The position numbers and the translations under genes were made by a program. The notes below the pieces were generated by a model that had not been told where the DNA came from, did no database searches, and worked only from the letters and a program-made list of their open reading frames with translations. Of a stretch of DNA of 64,000 bases, positions 9,741-19,113 are shown in pieces. Each line of letters begins with the position of its first letter. Position 1 is the stretch's first letter. The DNA comes from Elusimicrobiota bacterium (GTDB taxonomy: Bacteria > Elusimicrobiota > Elusimicrobia > UBA1565 > JACRDR01), in NCBI GenBank assembly GCA_041694815.1, contig JBGFSC010000026.1:1-64000 (forward strand), read 5' to 3'.

Positions 9741-11133
9741 GGACCCACTTCTGCGCCAGCTCCAGCAGCGCTTGCGTGGTTTTCGGAGAGTCGGACTCGG
9801 CGTAGGTGCGGATGAGCGGCTCGGTGCCGGAGGGGCGCATGAGCACCCAGTGGTCGCCCTCGAGTATCACCTTGAGCCCGTCGATGTCGAGCAGTTTGGC
9901 GATGGGCTTGCCCAGTATCTTCTTGGGGAGCCGCTTCTTGACGCGTTCGGTGAATACGCGTTTGTCGGCCACCGGCTTGTGGACGTGGAAATCGACGCGA
10001 GTGAAATGGGATTTCCCGTATTTGGATTCGATCTCGGCCCACAGCTGGCCGGGGGTCATCTTGCGCGCGGTGCACATTTCCAGCAGCAGCAGCGCGGTGA
10101 GCAGGCCGTCTCGCTCCGGCAGGCTTCCCTTCCAGGCGTAGCCGCCGGACTCCTCGCCGCCGAAGGCGGCCGCGCCCGAGGCCAGCTGCTCGGCGACGTG
10201 CTTAAAGCCGACCGGCAATTCCTCGAATTCGAACTGGTGCGCGCGCGCGATGCGGGCGGAGAGGTATCCCATCGAGACCGACTGGACGATCTTGCCCTTG
10301 ACCCCCTTCTGGGCGATGAGATGCTCCAGGATAATCGGGAATACCTGGCAGGGGCTCAGGTAGCGGCCCTTCTCGTCGATGATGCCGACTCGGTCGGCGT
10401 CGCCGTCCAAGGCCACGCCGATCAAGGCCTTCTCTTTTAGGACGCGCTCGGAGAGCTCCTTGAGGTTTTTCTCGATCGGCTCCGGATGCAGGCCGCCGAA
10501 GAGCGGGTCGCGCCGGTTGTGGATCGTGATCAACTTCTTGGAGGGGACCAATTCCTCCAGAAGTCCCGCGGCCGCGCCGAAGAGGTAATCGACGACGACC
10601 GGGCGCTTGAGCTTGGCGGCGATGGGCCTGGGGTTGATGCGGCCCTTGAGGTAATCCAGATACGCCTTGCGGTAGGATTTTGTCGCCACCTGCCCGTCGC
10701 GCACCGGGTTGGCCTTCTCAAGCATCGACTCCACCGCCGCGGTGACCTTCTCGGTCGCGGCGCGGCCCTCGAGTTTGATCTTGATCCCGTTGTAGGCGGG
10801 GGGGTTGTGCGAGGCCGTCACCATCACCCCGTGGGCCTTCTCCTTGCGGGTCAGGAAGCTGACGGCGGGCGTGGGAAGGGTCTCGGCGAGCAGTATCGGC
10901 CGCAGCTTGTTGCCGTCTAGGATGCGCGCGACCTCGTGCGCGAAGGCCTCGGACTGGAATCGCTGGTCGTAGCCCACGATGACCGTGCCCCGGCCGCGCG
11001 CCTTGGGCGGCAGGGCCTTCATGTATTCCGCGATGGCCTGGGCGACCTTGCGCACGTTGTCGAAGGTGAAGTCGCGGCCCATGACGCCGCGCCAGCCGTC
11101 GGTGCCGAACTTGATCTCGTTCTTCGTTTCCAT
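9730..11133 (-). CDS. phosphoglucomutase/phosphomannomutase family protein
   Basis: FGTDGWRG, TASHNP, DGDADR, GEESGG, RPSGTEP; start moved to ATG 11133. Confidence 0.93.
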   Translation of the reverse strand: METKNEIKFGTDGWRGVMGRDFTFDNVRKVAQAIAEYMKALPPKARGRGTVIVGYDQRFQSEAFAHEVARILDGNKLRPILLAETLPTPAVSFLTRKEKAHGVMVTASHNPPAYNGIKIKLEGRAATEKVTAAVESMLEKANPVRDGQVATKSYRKAYLDYLKGRINPRPIAAKLKRPVVVDYLFGAAAGLLEELVPSKKLITIHNRRDPLFGGLHPEPIEKNLKELSERVLKEKALIGVALDGDADRVGIIDEKGRYLSPCQVFPIILEHLIAQKGVKGKIVQSVSMGYLSARIARAHQFEFEELPVGFKHVAEQLASGAAAFGGEESGGYAWKGSLPERDGLLTALLLLEMCTARKMTPGQLWAEIESKYGKSHFTRVDFHVHKPVADKRVFTERVKKRLPKKILGKPIAKLLDIDGLKVILEGDHWVLMRPSGTEPLIRTYAESDSPKTTQALLELAQKWVHAH

Positions 11134-11135
11134 GC

Positions 11136-11486
11136 CTATTTGCCCCGCCGGTAATCGTCCTGCAGGCGCACGACGTCCCACACCTCGGGCGTGGAGACCT
11201 CCAGCAGGGTGACGCGCCCGTAGGGGGCCTCGAAGCGGTGCACGGTGCGCGGGGGGATTACGGTCACGGATCCCGGGCGCTGGGTCTTAAGCCGCCCGGC
11301 CAAGTTCAGGCGCCAGCGCCCCCGCAGCGTGTAGACGGTCTCATGCTTGCGCCGATGATACTGCAGGCTCAGGCGCCGACCCTTCTCGATGGTCAGGAGC
11401 TTGCCCACGTATTTCTTGGACTGGGCCCACCAGAGCTCGCTGCCCCATGGTTTGGAGACTCGTTTAGGCTTGGGGTGATGCGTCAT
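11136..11486 (-). CDS. cupin protein (type II mannose-6-phosphate isomerase C-terminal-like)
   Basis: KPWG, LSLQYH..KHET, HRFEA, EVSTPE..DVVRLQDDY. Confidence 0.85.
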   Translation of the reverse strand: MTHHPKPKRVSKPWGSELWWAQSKKYVGKLLTIEKGRRLSLQYHRRKHETVYTLRGRWRLNLAGRLKTQRPGSVTVIPPRTVHRFEAPYGRVTLLEVSTPEVWDVVRLQDDYRRGK

Positions 11487-11527
11487 GGATCGGTCGCATC
11501 TTAGCAAATTAATATAATGGGGCTCTC

Positions 11528-13633
11528 ATGCCCCGCTCTTGGGCGTTGTCCGCCAGCCTGTTGTCTGTGCTTCTCGTATTGGGCGCGCAGGCCTTCCTAC
11601 TCTCGAAATGGACGGCTGTCGAATCCAGGCCCCCCGCCTGGGACCAGGCTATCCATCTCGAGATAGCCCATGACTACAAGACGCTATTAGCCAAGGGAGA
11701 CTGGTACAGCGCCTTTAATCTAAAACCCAAGCCCGGCATGCCGCCCTTTCCTCCCCTGTACCAGCTGAGCTTGATTCCCGCCTACAATTTCGCGGATCCC
11801 GTTCGAGCTTCCCTCTGGGTCCAGTATGGATACCTGGTGCTGCTTTGCCTGGCCTTATGGGGCTTAGGCGTCCTCTATTGCGGACCTTGGGAGGCCTTCG
11901 CGGCCGTCCTGCTGTTTTCGTCCACCCCGGTGGTCCAATCGCTGACCCGAACCCAATTGCCGGATATGCCGCTGGCGACCTGGGTGGCGCTGGGGTATCT
12001 GGCCTACGCCGCCTCGGCCGGGTTCATGCGCTGGATCCCCTCTTTGGCCTTCGGATTGGTTTTTGCCGGCGGTATGCTGACGAAATGGAGTTATTGGACC
12101 TATTTCTTTCCGTTGATCTTCGTAGCCGTCGGCGCTTGGCGCTCGCCGATCCGCCGAGCGAAGTTCGCGGGCGCCGCGGCGCTCGCCTTGGCCATTACGC
12201 TGCCGTGGTACCTGTCGCATCTTCCGGTGCTATTGCCGCGGCTCAAGGAGGCTTCCACCGATCAGGGCGTGCCGGTCTGGCGGATTTCCTCCATGCTGGA
12301 ATATCTCTGGGCCATGCTGAGCGGGTTCGATTTGCCGTTCTGGCTGGCGTGCCTTCCCGCGCTGATCGTCCCCCGACTCAAGCAGGCCCGCGAGGATCGA
12401 TGGGTCATTCCCATCTGGGTCCTCACCTCCTACCTATTCTGGATGCTGGTGCCCAATCATCAATTGCGCTTCCTGTTGCCCGGGTTGAGCGGACTGGCCC
12501 TGCTTGTCGCGGGGCGTTGGCCGGCCTCGGTCTTGGCGCTTCTATGCGGCTACCAGGCGTTCGCCTTGGCCAATTACAGCTATCGTTGGGCCACTCCCGT
12601 GCGTTTTGATTTCTTTGGCCCCGCGCTGACCCTCTTCTCCTCCGACGCGCCGGTGAGCCAGGACTGGAAGATCGAGGAGATACTGAAGGAGGCTTCGCGC
12701 CGCCACGACGCCTCCGAGCCTTTCGGCAACGTGACCTTGGTCGCCAACGATGTCTTCTTCAACGGCCCCAATTTCAACTGGGTGCTTAAGCATGCCGGCT
12801 TATCGAACCTGCGCATGCGCGGGGTCAACCGGCGCTACTGCGAGTTCTCGGAGTTCGTCGTCATCAAGACTGGCTCCCTGGGCCCGCCGCCGGTGATCGG
12901 CCAGCTAGAGGAGGTGCGCTGGCAGATGCTGGCCCACGGCGGCTGGTTTAGGCGCGGCTACGAGGAAGTCGCCAAGTGGACGCTGCCCGACGGCGGCGAA
13001 GCCCTGCTCTTCGAGCGGCGCAAGGCGCAGAAACCCCCGATGGCCGAGAAGGACTTAAGCTACGCCTCCTTCGAGTCCGGCGAATTCTCCGCCAAGGACC
13101 TGCGCCTGAGCCTCGGCCGCTGGGATCCGGCTCAACGCGTTTATCCGCGTGCGGTGCTTAAGGCCTCCTGGATTTCGTTACGCGGGTTGGAGTTGGATAA
13201 CGTCGAGCTCGTCCTCGAGGGCCTGGATTTGGTTCCGGTACTTGGAATCAAAGGAGAACTCGAGGATGTGCGGCTGCTCAAGCTCAAGCGCCTGGGCCTG
13301 GCCTCCGCCTCGCTGGACGCGCCGAAGGCCGCAGCCTTCCTGGGGCGCAGGGCGCGGCAGCTCAAGGATATTTCCGCCGATCTCGGAGACCCCATCGCCG
13401 TGCGTGGCCGTTTCAAGGGGCTGCCCGTGGCGGCCGAGGGCCGCATCTTCTTATCGAGTGACCACGCGGTGATGGAGGCGAAGTTGCTGCGCGCGAAGAT
13501 CGGTCCACTGGGCCTTCCGATCCCGGAACGGTGGGGAAAAACGAGCGTTTCCTTCGAGCCCAATCCCGAAACGCCGTTCGAGATACGCGTGCCGGGCTTC
13601 AGCGCGAAGGGCTCCGCGTTAACGATTCCTTAG
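11528..13633 (+). CDS. ArnT/GT39-like (GT-C fold) membrane glycosyltransferase with extracytoplasmic C-terminal domain
   Basis: PAWDQAIHL, PPLY, LPDMPL, MLTKW, PWY, RFLLP; many transmembrane segments. Confidence 0.75.
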   Translation: MPRSWALSASLLSVLLVLGAQAFLLSKWTAVESRPPAWDQAIHLEIAHDYKTLLAKGDWYSAFNLKPKPGMPPFPPLYQLSLIPAYNFADPVRASLWVQYGYLVLLCLALWGLGVLYCGPWEAFAAVLLFSSTPVVQSLTRTQLPDMPLATWVALGYLAYAASAGFMRWIPSLAFGLVFAGGMLTKWSYWTYFFPLIFVAVGAWRSPIRRAKFAGAAALALAITLPWYLSHLPVLLPRLKEASTDQGVPVWRISSMLEYLWAMLSGFDLPFWLACLPALIVPRLKQAREDRWVIPIWVLTSYLFWMLVPNHQLRFLLPGLSGLALLVAGRWPASVLALLCGYQAFALANYSYRWATPVRFDFFGPALTLFSSDAPVSQDWKIEEILKEASRRHDASEPFGNVTLVANDVFFNGPNFNWVLKHAGLSNLRMRGVNRRYCEFSEFVVIKTGSLGPPPVIGQLEEVRWQMLAHGGWFRRGYEEVAKWTLPDGGEALLFERRKAQKPPMAEKDLSYASFESGEFSAKDLRLSLGRWDPAQRVYPRAVLKASWISLRGLELDNVELVLEGLDLVPVLGIKGELEDVRLLKLKRLGLASASLDAPKAAAFLGRRARQLKDISADLGDPIAVRGRFKGLPVAAEGRIFLSSDHAVMEAKLLRAKIGPLGLPIPERWGKTSVSFEPNPETPFEIRVPGFSAKGSALTIP

Positions 13634-15053
13634 GCAGTTTAACGAACGCATCCGTCCGGGCATTATAGAGGAAAGCTGGATTTTGGTAGCGCTTGCCTCG
13701 CGGATCGCGCGTGAATTCCTCCCAAATGTTGCCCTGCAGGTCCGAGCGCCCGGCATGGATGCGCAGGGCGGCGTCGAAGCCCCAGAAGGCCTCGAAAACG
13801 ACCGCTCCGTTTATCTCTCGAGGTGCCTCGGAGAGGAAGACGACGGCCGGCCCCTCGATTTTCGAGGCGAGATACGCGGCTCGGCTTAAAATCTCCTGCT
13901 GAGCGTTCCAAGAGCGCGCCCAGGCCCAGGAGTGTGACCAGTCGACCGCGGCAAAAACGCCGATGAGCAGGGCCAGGCAGGCCCGTCGGAACCAAGGACC
14001 CCAGCGGAAAAGAAGCGCCGCGATCCATAATCCCCCGGCCCAGGCCCCCGCCGTGTTCGTCCGCGACATCAATCCGAAGATCTGCGGCTGGTAATCGGCG
14101 CTTAAAGCGTACGGGAGGTAGGCGGCCAGGAACATGCCTAGTCCGCCGACAAGCGCGACGAAGACGGGGGGCTCCTGGTCATCCTCCGCTCCCACGCCCA
14201 TGAAAGCCCAGGCCAGCGCGACGATGCCTGCCGCAAGCAGATAAAAATACCAAGGAGTCTCCGGCAAGGTAAGGCGAAGCTGCGTCCACGACGCGTGTAG
14301 GACGCGATTCGTCAGGCATTCGAACCCCGCGCCGAATACTTTCAGGGCATGGGCCAGGGAAAGACCACCGCTCTTGGGGTTGACGATGCCCAGCCATTGT
14401 GGCGCGAGCCTCTGCCAGAGAAGCCAAAGAAAGGCCGGTAGGGCGAACGGGGCTAGCCGGATCGCGATGGGCGCCGTTGCGCCCGGCCGCCGGGCCCAGA
14501 GGCCTGCGGCCAGAAGCAGGGGGAAGAAGACGGTGGATTCGTAGCAGAGTATGCTAGCGAGGTAGAGCGCCAGGCTTGCCGCCAGCCGAAGGGCTCCGCC
14601 CTCCTCGCTCCACCTTAGGTGCATCCATAGCCCCATCATCGCGAGCGTCACGGCGAGGGATTGGGCCGAAGCCGCGAACCAATGATGGGTCGCTGCATGA
14701 TTCGGGTACAGCAGCGCCAATAGGCAGGAGGCGAAGGCGAGGTCGCGGCGCCCCCACAAACGCGCAAAAAGAAGGTAGGCGAAGCAGGCGCCGGCCGCCT
14801 CCACGGCGAGCATCAGGGCGTGGTAGGGCCAGGGCTTGAGCCCCCCGAGGGCGTAGGCGGCGGCGTAGAAAATCACACCGACAGGCCTCATTCCGAATTG
14901 GGCGCCTAGCGAGCGTAGGGATTCGAAAAAGCCGCCGGAGCGCCAGCAGCTCTCCAGCAGCACCCAATCGTCGTGGTAGAAGCCCAGCCGCGGCAGGAAA
15001 AGACCGAAGGCGGCGAGCTCGAAGAGGAGGAGCGCGGCCAGGTGTCGCCTCAT
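13599..15053 (-). CDS. polytopic membrane protein, probable GT-C glycosyltransferase
   Basis: GFYHDDW acidic loop after TM1, RP motif, YE motif, about 10 hydrophobic segments. Confidence 0.62.
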   Translation of the reverse strand: MRRHLAALLLFELAAFGLFLPRLGFYHDDWVLLESCWRSGGFFESLRSLGAQFGMRPVGVIFYAAAYALGGLKPWPYHALMLAVEAAGACFAYLLFARLWGRRDLAFASCLLALLYPNHAATHHWFAASAQSLAVTLAMMGLWMHLRWSEEGGALRLAASLALYLASILCYESTVFFPLLLAAGLWARRPGATAPIAIRLAPFALPAFLWLLWQRLAPQWLGIVNPKSGGLSLAHALKVFGAGFECLTNRVLHASWTQLRLTLPETPWYFYLLAAGIVALAWAFMGVGAEDDQEPPVFVALVGGLGMFLAAYLPYALSADYQPQIFGLMSRTNTAGAWAGGLWIAALLFRWGPWFRRACLALLIGVFAAVDWSHSWAWARSWNAQQEILSRAAYLASKIEGPAVVFLSEAPREINGAVVFEAFWGFDAALRIHAGRSDLQGNIWEEFTRDPRGKRYQNPAFLYNARTDAFVKLPKESLTRSPSR

Positions 15054-15928
15054 TTGCGCGCCTCCACGAGCATGATGTCGAATAGATTCATCGGCACGAT
15101 CCAGCGGCGCAGCAGCCGTCTTAAGCCGAGGCGGCCCCTGTAGCCCATGCCGAGGCGCAGGGACTTGGTGAGCCGCTCGATGAGGTAGTCGACCGAGAAA
15201 TGCCCGTGGGGGTAACTAACGCGGAGGATGGCGAATCCCTGGCGCCGCAGCAGGCCCTCGAGCCCTGAGCGAGTAAAGTAGAAGAGGTGCTCGGGAGGCG
15301 TCAAGAGATGCCATCGTGGGCCGGAAAGCCTGGCCGCCAGGCTCGAGAAATCTCCGGTCGTCAGCAGTAGATGCCCTCCGGGCTTTAGTATGCGGCGCGC
15401 GTCGGCGAGCGCCCGAACCGGGTCGGGCAGATGCTCGATGGTATCGAACATCGTCACCGCGTCGAATTGATTCTCCGCGAAGTCCTCGCCCTTGAATTCG
15501 CGCTCGAGCACGTCCAGGCCGAGCGCGCGCGCGTGCAGCACGGCTTCATGGCCGAGCTCGACGCCCGTCGTCCGGTACTGCGCGCGGGCGAGATCCAGGA
15601 AGAAGCCCGGGCCGCAGCCTATGTCCAGCAGCGAGCGGGGCAGGGGCCTTCCGTCTTGCAGGCGTAGCAGCCGCTTCAATTGCTGGCCGAAGGTCTTTCG
15701 GAAGGCCGGCTCCATGGCGAAATAGTCGTCGTAGCCGGCCATCGACGCGCCCTCGTCATCGGGACTATCCTTGAAATGATAGCCACGGCGATAGAGCGCG
15801 GAGGTGTCGACGGGGCTTGCGCTCCGGTCCAGGAAGCCGTTGCCGCAGGTCCGGCAGCGGCGGATCGTATACGGGCCTTTGAGGCAATATGGCTCGGATC
15901 CTCCTCTACAGATGGGGCAGGCGCTCAT
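15050..15928 (-). CDS. class I SAM-dependent methyltransferase with N-terminal Zn-finger
   Basis: CPIC..CRTC, LLDIGCGPG, DTIEHLPDP, PPEHLFYF; start moved to ATG 15928 (ATGA overlap). Confidence 0.88.
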   Translation of the reverse strand: MSACPICRGGSEPYCLKGPYTIRRCRTCGNGFLDRSASPVDTSALYRRGYHFKDSPDDEGASMAGYDDYFAMEPAFRKTFGQQLKRLLRLQDGRPLPRSLLDIGCGPGFFLDLARAQYRTTGVELGHEAVLHARALGLDVLEREFKGEDFAENQFDAVTMFDTIEHLPDPVRALADARRILKPGGHLLLTTGDFSSLAARLSGPRWHLLTPPEHLFYFTRSGLEGLLRRQGFAILRVSYPHGHFSVDYLIERLTKSLRLGMGYRGRLGLRRLLRRWIVPMNLFDIMLVEARK

Positions 15929-16893
15929 GCCTTCACGCAGTAGACTTCCACCGTGCCGCCGCGGCGTAGCAGGGCTTCGAGCACCGTCAACAGTAAGGCG
16001 GCCGGCAACAGCGCGGGCAAGAGCAGCGCGGTGGCTAGGGCCTGGAGGGGATGCTTGCGAATAGGCACCAGGCGCGCTGATTTGTTCTTGAGAATCGAAT
16101 AGAGGAAATTGAACTCGAGCCCCAGGGCGTTGTAGGCGCTCTGCAGCCAGCCGTAGGGATTTTGCTCGAACGAGAAATGGTTGACGGAGCGAGGACGGAA
16201 TCCGGTCTTCTGCAATAGCAGCTTGAGCGAGCCGAGCCCGAAGTGGAAATAATGCCTCGGCACGTCCAGGTGGAACCAGTCGGTGCCGAAAATCCTGGCC
16301 TGTAAGCTGTCGGAATTCGGGACTGCGACGACGAGAAGGCCGCGTGGTTTGAGCAGCGTCCACGCGTGGCGCAGAGCTGCCTCGGGATCGGGAAGATGTT
16401 CCAGCGAGTGCCAAAAGATTACGACCTCAAAGTGGCCCGATGGCAATCGGGTTTTCAGGAAATCCCCGATATGGACCTGCACCCCCATTCGTTGGCGGGC
16501 GTGCCAGGCGGCTTCCTCGGAAAGCTCGACCCCATGCGCCTCATAGCCCATGCCTTTGAGCGCCCCGGCGACGAGGCCGCGGCCGCAGCCGACGTCCATC
16601 ACGGGTCCCGGGGAGCTCTGCCGGGCGATGAGCCGCGCCCGTCGCCGGTGGAAGACGCGGACCATCGCTTCGAAGAGCCAATTGAAGCGGACATTCTCCT
16701 TGCCGTAATAGGCGGGAGGATACCAGCGGCCGAGTTCCCCGGCCTGGACCGGAGGATCGGTCCAGCCGTGCCCGCAACCTGAGCATCGTCGGATGAGGAA
16801 TTCCGGACTTTCTTTCGAGAGGCCTTTTGCCGGCGTGGCGCTCGCGGCGCCGCCGCAGAGCGGGCAGAGCGTCTCAGGCGCTGAGTCTGGCAT
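15925..16893 (-). CDS. class I SAM-dependent methyltransferase with N-terminal Zn-finger
   Basis: CPLC..CSGC, MDVGCGRG, WHSLEHLPDP, DVPRHYFHF; start moved to ATG 16893. Confidence 0.88.
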   Translation of the reverse strand: MPDSAPETLCPLCGGAASATPAKGLSKESPEFLIRRCSGCGHGWTDPPVQAGELGRWYPPAYYGKENVRFNWLFEAMVRVFHRRRARLIARQSSPGPVMDVGCGRGLVAGALKGMGYEAHGVELSEEAAWHARQRMGVQVHIGDFLKTRLPSGHFEVVIFWHSLEHLPDPEAALRHAWTLLKPRGLLVVAVPNSDSLQARIFGTDWFHLDVPRHYFHFGLGSLKLLLQKTGFRPRSVNHFSFEQNPYGWLQSAYNALGLEFNFLYSILKNKSARLVPIRKHPLQALATALLLPALLPAALLLTVLEALLRRGGTVEVYCVKA

Positions 16894-17980
16894 AAGCCTT
16901 GTGATATCGCTCCAGCATGGCCGAAAGCGAGAAGCGCGAGACGACGGTCTGTCGGCCGGCCGCGGCCAAGCGCTGGCGGCGCGGGACATCGACGATGAGT
17001 TCTTGCAAGGCGTCGTAAAGCGAACGTACGGAGTCGGGAGCGAACAATAGTCCGTTTTCACCGTGCGCGATCACTTCCTCGACCCCGTCGACGCGGGAAG
17101 CCGCGGCCGGCAGGCCCATGGCCATCGCCTCGAGCAGGGCGTTGGGCAGCCCTTCCCAGAGCGAGGGCAGCGCGAAGAGATCCATCGCGCTCAGCCAAGG
17201 CCCGAGATCGGCCTGTTCCCCCGAGAAAATTACCCGTCCTTCGAGCTTCAGATGGCGCGCGAGGGACTCAAGTTTGCCGCGCAGCGGGCCCTCGCCGACG
17301 ATGACGGCCTTGACCGGATGCGCCACGGCGAGCTGGGCCAGCGCCTCCAGGAGCAGCCAATGGCCCTTTTGCCCGTCCAAGCGCCCGACCGAACCCAGCA
17401 GACATTCGCCGTCGGAGACACCGAGCCGCGAGCGGATGCGTTCCCGATCGGCCGGGGAGGGCGTCCAACGAGAGGCGTCTATGCCATTGCGGATCGTGAG
17501 GACCCTGTCCGCATCGTAGCGGCGGCGCTCGACGAGATAGCGCCGACTGGATTCGGATTCGGCGATGAGCAGGTCGTCGGCCTCCTTGAGCAGGTCGTCG
17601 AGCCACAACGAGGGCAATCCCCGGGAGCGGTAATGCACGCGCGGCGAGGAGATCAGCCGGAAGGCGCCCCCCAGGCGCTTGGCGGCGCGGCAGAGCTGGA
17701 TGGCCTGGTACATGAAGGCGTGGACTAAGTCGGGCTTAAGCTGTTCGATGAGCTCCCGAAGCTTGCGGAGATGCCGCAGCGAAGGCAGGCCGCGCAGGTC
17801 TAGGGAATGGACGGCGATCCCATCGGCCTCCAGCCGGCGGGCGATCTCGCCCTTGGGCTTGAGGCTGATCACGGCGACGGTACGGTATCGGCCCGCGTCC
17901 AGGGAACCGGCCAGGGTGCGCAGGGTCTTTTCCGCGCCCCCGAGCGTGCTCGAGGTGCTGACGAAGAGTACGCGGGTCAT
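16874..17980 (-). CDS. GT4 family glycosyltransferase
   Basis: GGAEK, IRNGID, VGRLDGQKG, PSLWEGLPNALLEAMA (EX7E). Confidence 0.93.
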   Translation of the reverse strand: MTRVLFVSTSSTLGGAEKTLRTLAGSLDAGRYRTVAVISLKPKGEIARRLEADGIAVHSLDLRGLPSLRHLRKLRELIEQLKPDLVHAFMYQAIQLCRAAKRLGGAFRLISSPRVHYRSRGLPSLWLDDLLKEADDLLIAESESSRRYLVERRRYDADRVLTIRNGIDASRWTPSPADRERIRSRLGVSDGECLLGSVGRLDGQKGHWLLLEALAQLAVAHPVKAVIVGEGPLRGKLESLARHLKLEGRVIFSGEQADLGPWLSAMDLFALPSLWEGLPNALLEAMAMGLPAAASRVDGVEEVIAHGENGLLFAPDSVRSLYDALQELIVDVPRRQRLAAAGRQTVVSRFSLSAMLERYHKAYARLSA

Positions 17981-19113
17981 CTCGCGCTGAAGAAATCGCG
18001 GATGGAGGCGCAGACGAGATCGACGGAGGCGTCCGGCAGCTCAGGGAAAATCGGCAGGGCCAGCACCTCGCGCGCGGCCTTCTCCGCGACGGGGAAATCC
18101 CCCCGGCGATGCCCGTGCCCCGCGTAGGCGGGCTGCAGGTGCAGTGGAGCCGGGTAATACACGGCGGTCTCGATGCCGGCACCGGAGAGATGCTTCGCCA
18201 AGGCGTCGCGCTCCTTGGTGCGGATTACGAATAGGTGATGGGAATGCCGGCTGCCCTCGCTCTCCTGGGGGGGGAGCCCCACGGGCAGGCCCGCGAGCCC
18301 GCGGCGGTATCGCTCGGCGACGCGCCGGCGCTCCCGCGTCCAGGACGCCAGGCGCGCGAGCTTGACGCGCAGCAGCGCGGCTTGCAGCTCGTCGAGCCTG
18401 GCGTTGTGGCCGACGCGCGCGTGTTCGTAGCGCTTGCCGGGTTTCCTGCCGGCATCGCGCAGCATGGCGCAGGCCGCGAAGACCTTGGGGTCGGGGGTGC
18501 TGAGCAAGCCCGCGTCGCCGAAGGCTCCCAGATTTTTCGACGGATAAAACGAGAAGCAGCCCGCATCGCCGATGCCGCCGGCCGGGCGGCCCTTGTAGCG
18601 GGTCAGATGGGCCTGCGCGGCGTCCTCGATGAGTCTTAGGCCGTATTTGCGGGCGATCTCGAGCAGGCCATCGAGGTCGGCGGGGACCCCGTAGAGATGC
18701 ACCGGCAAAAGGGCCTTGCTCCTGCGGCCGCGAACCTCAAGAACAGAGGCCGGATCAAGGGTTAACGATGATTCCTCGACGTCCGCGAACACCGGTTTGG
18801 CCCCCAGCACGCTCACCACCGTGGCGGTGGCGATGAAGCTGAAGGTGGGAACGATAACCTCGTCTCCCGGACCCACGCCGCAGGCCTCCAGGGCGAGCAT
18901 GAGCGCGTCGGTTCCGGAGGATACGCCCAGGCAATGGGGAACCCCTTGGGTTCTTGAGAACTCCTCCTCGAAGGCGGCGCCCTCCGGGCCGAGTATGAAG
19001 CGTCCTGAATCGAGCACCCGGGTCGCGGCCTCGAGCAGCTCCCGCCTCAGCCCGGCGTATTGCGCCCGCAGATCGAGCAGGGGAATCTTCGTGGCGACGC
19101 TTGAAGGGCTCAG
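17977..19113 (-). CDS. DegT/DnrJ/EryC1/StrS PLP aminotransferase
   Basis: IPLLDL, SSGTDAL, EDAAQAH, SFYPSKNLGAFGDAG, RLDELQAA; start uncertain (CTG 19113 overlapping the upstream TGA). Confidence 0.9.
   Translation of the reverse strand: MSPSSVATKIPLLDLRAQYAGLRRELLEAATRVLDSGRFILGPEGAAFEEEFSRTQGVPHCLGVSSGTDALMLALEACGVGPGDEVIVPTFSFIATATVVSVLGAKPVFADVEESSLTLDPASVLEVRGRRSKALLPVHLYGVPADLDGLLEIARKYGLRLIEDAAQAHLTRYKGRPAGGIGDAGCFSFYPSKNLGAFGDAGLLSTPDPKVFAACAMLRDAGRKPGKRYEHARVGHNARLDELQAALLRVKLARLASWTRERRRVAERYRRGLAGLPVGLPPQESEGSRHSHHLFVIRTKERDALAKHLSGAGIETAVYYPAPLHLQPAYAGHGHRRGDFPVAEKAAREVLALPIFPELPDASVDLVCASIRDFFSAR

Noticed and set aside
8622..9815. 397-aa plus-strand ORF and the N-terminal extension of 7924..8670
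   Set aside because: Antisense shadow of the nucleotidyltransferase; the shared N-terminus is produced by the 48-bp palindrome.
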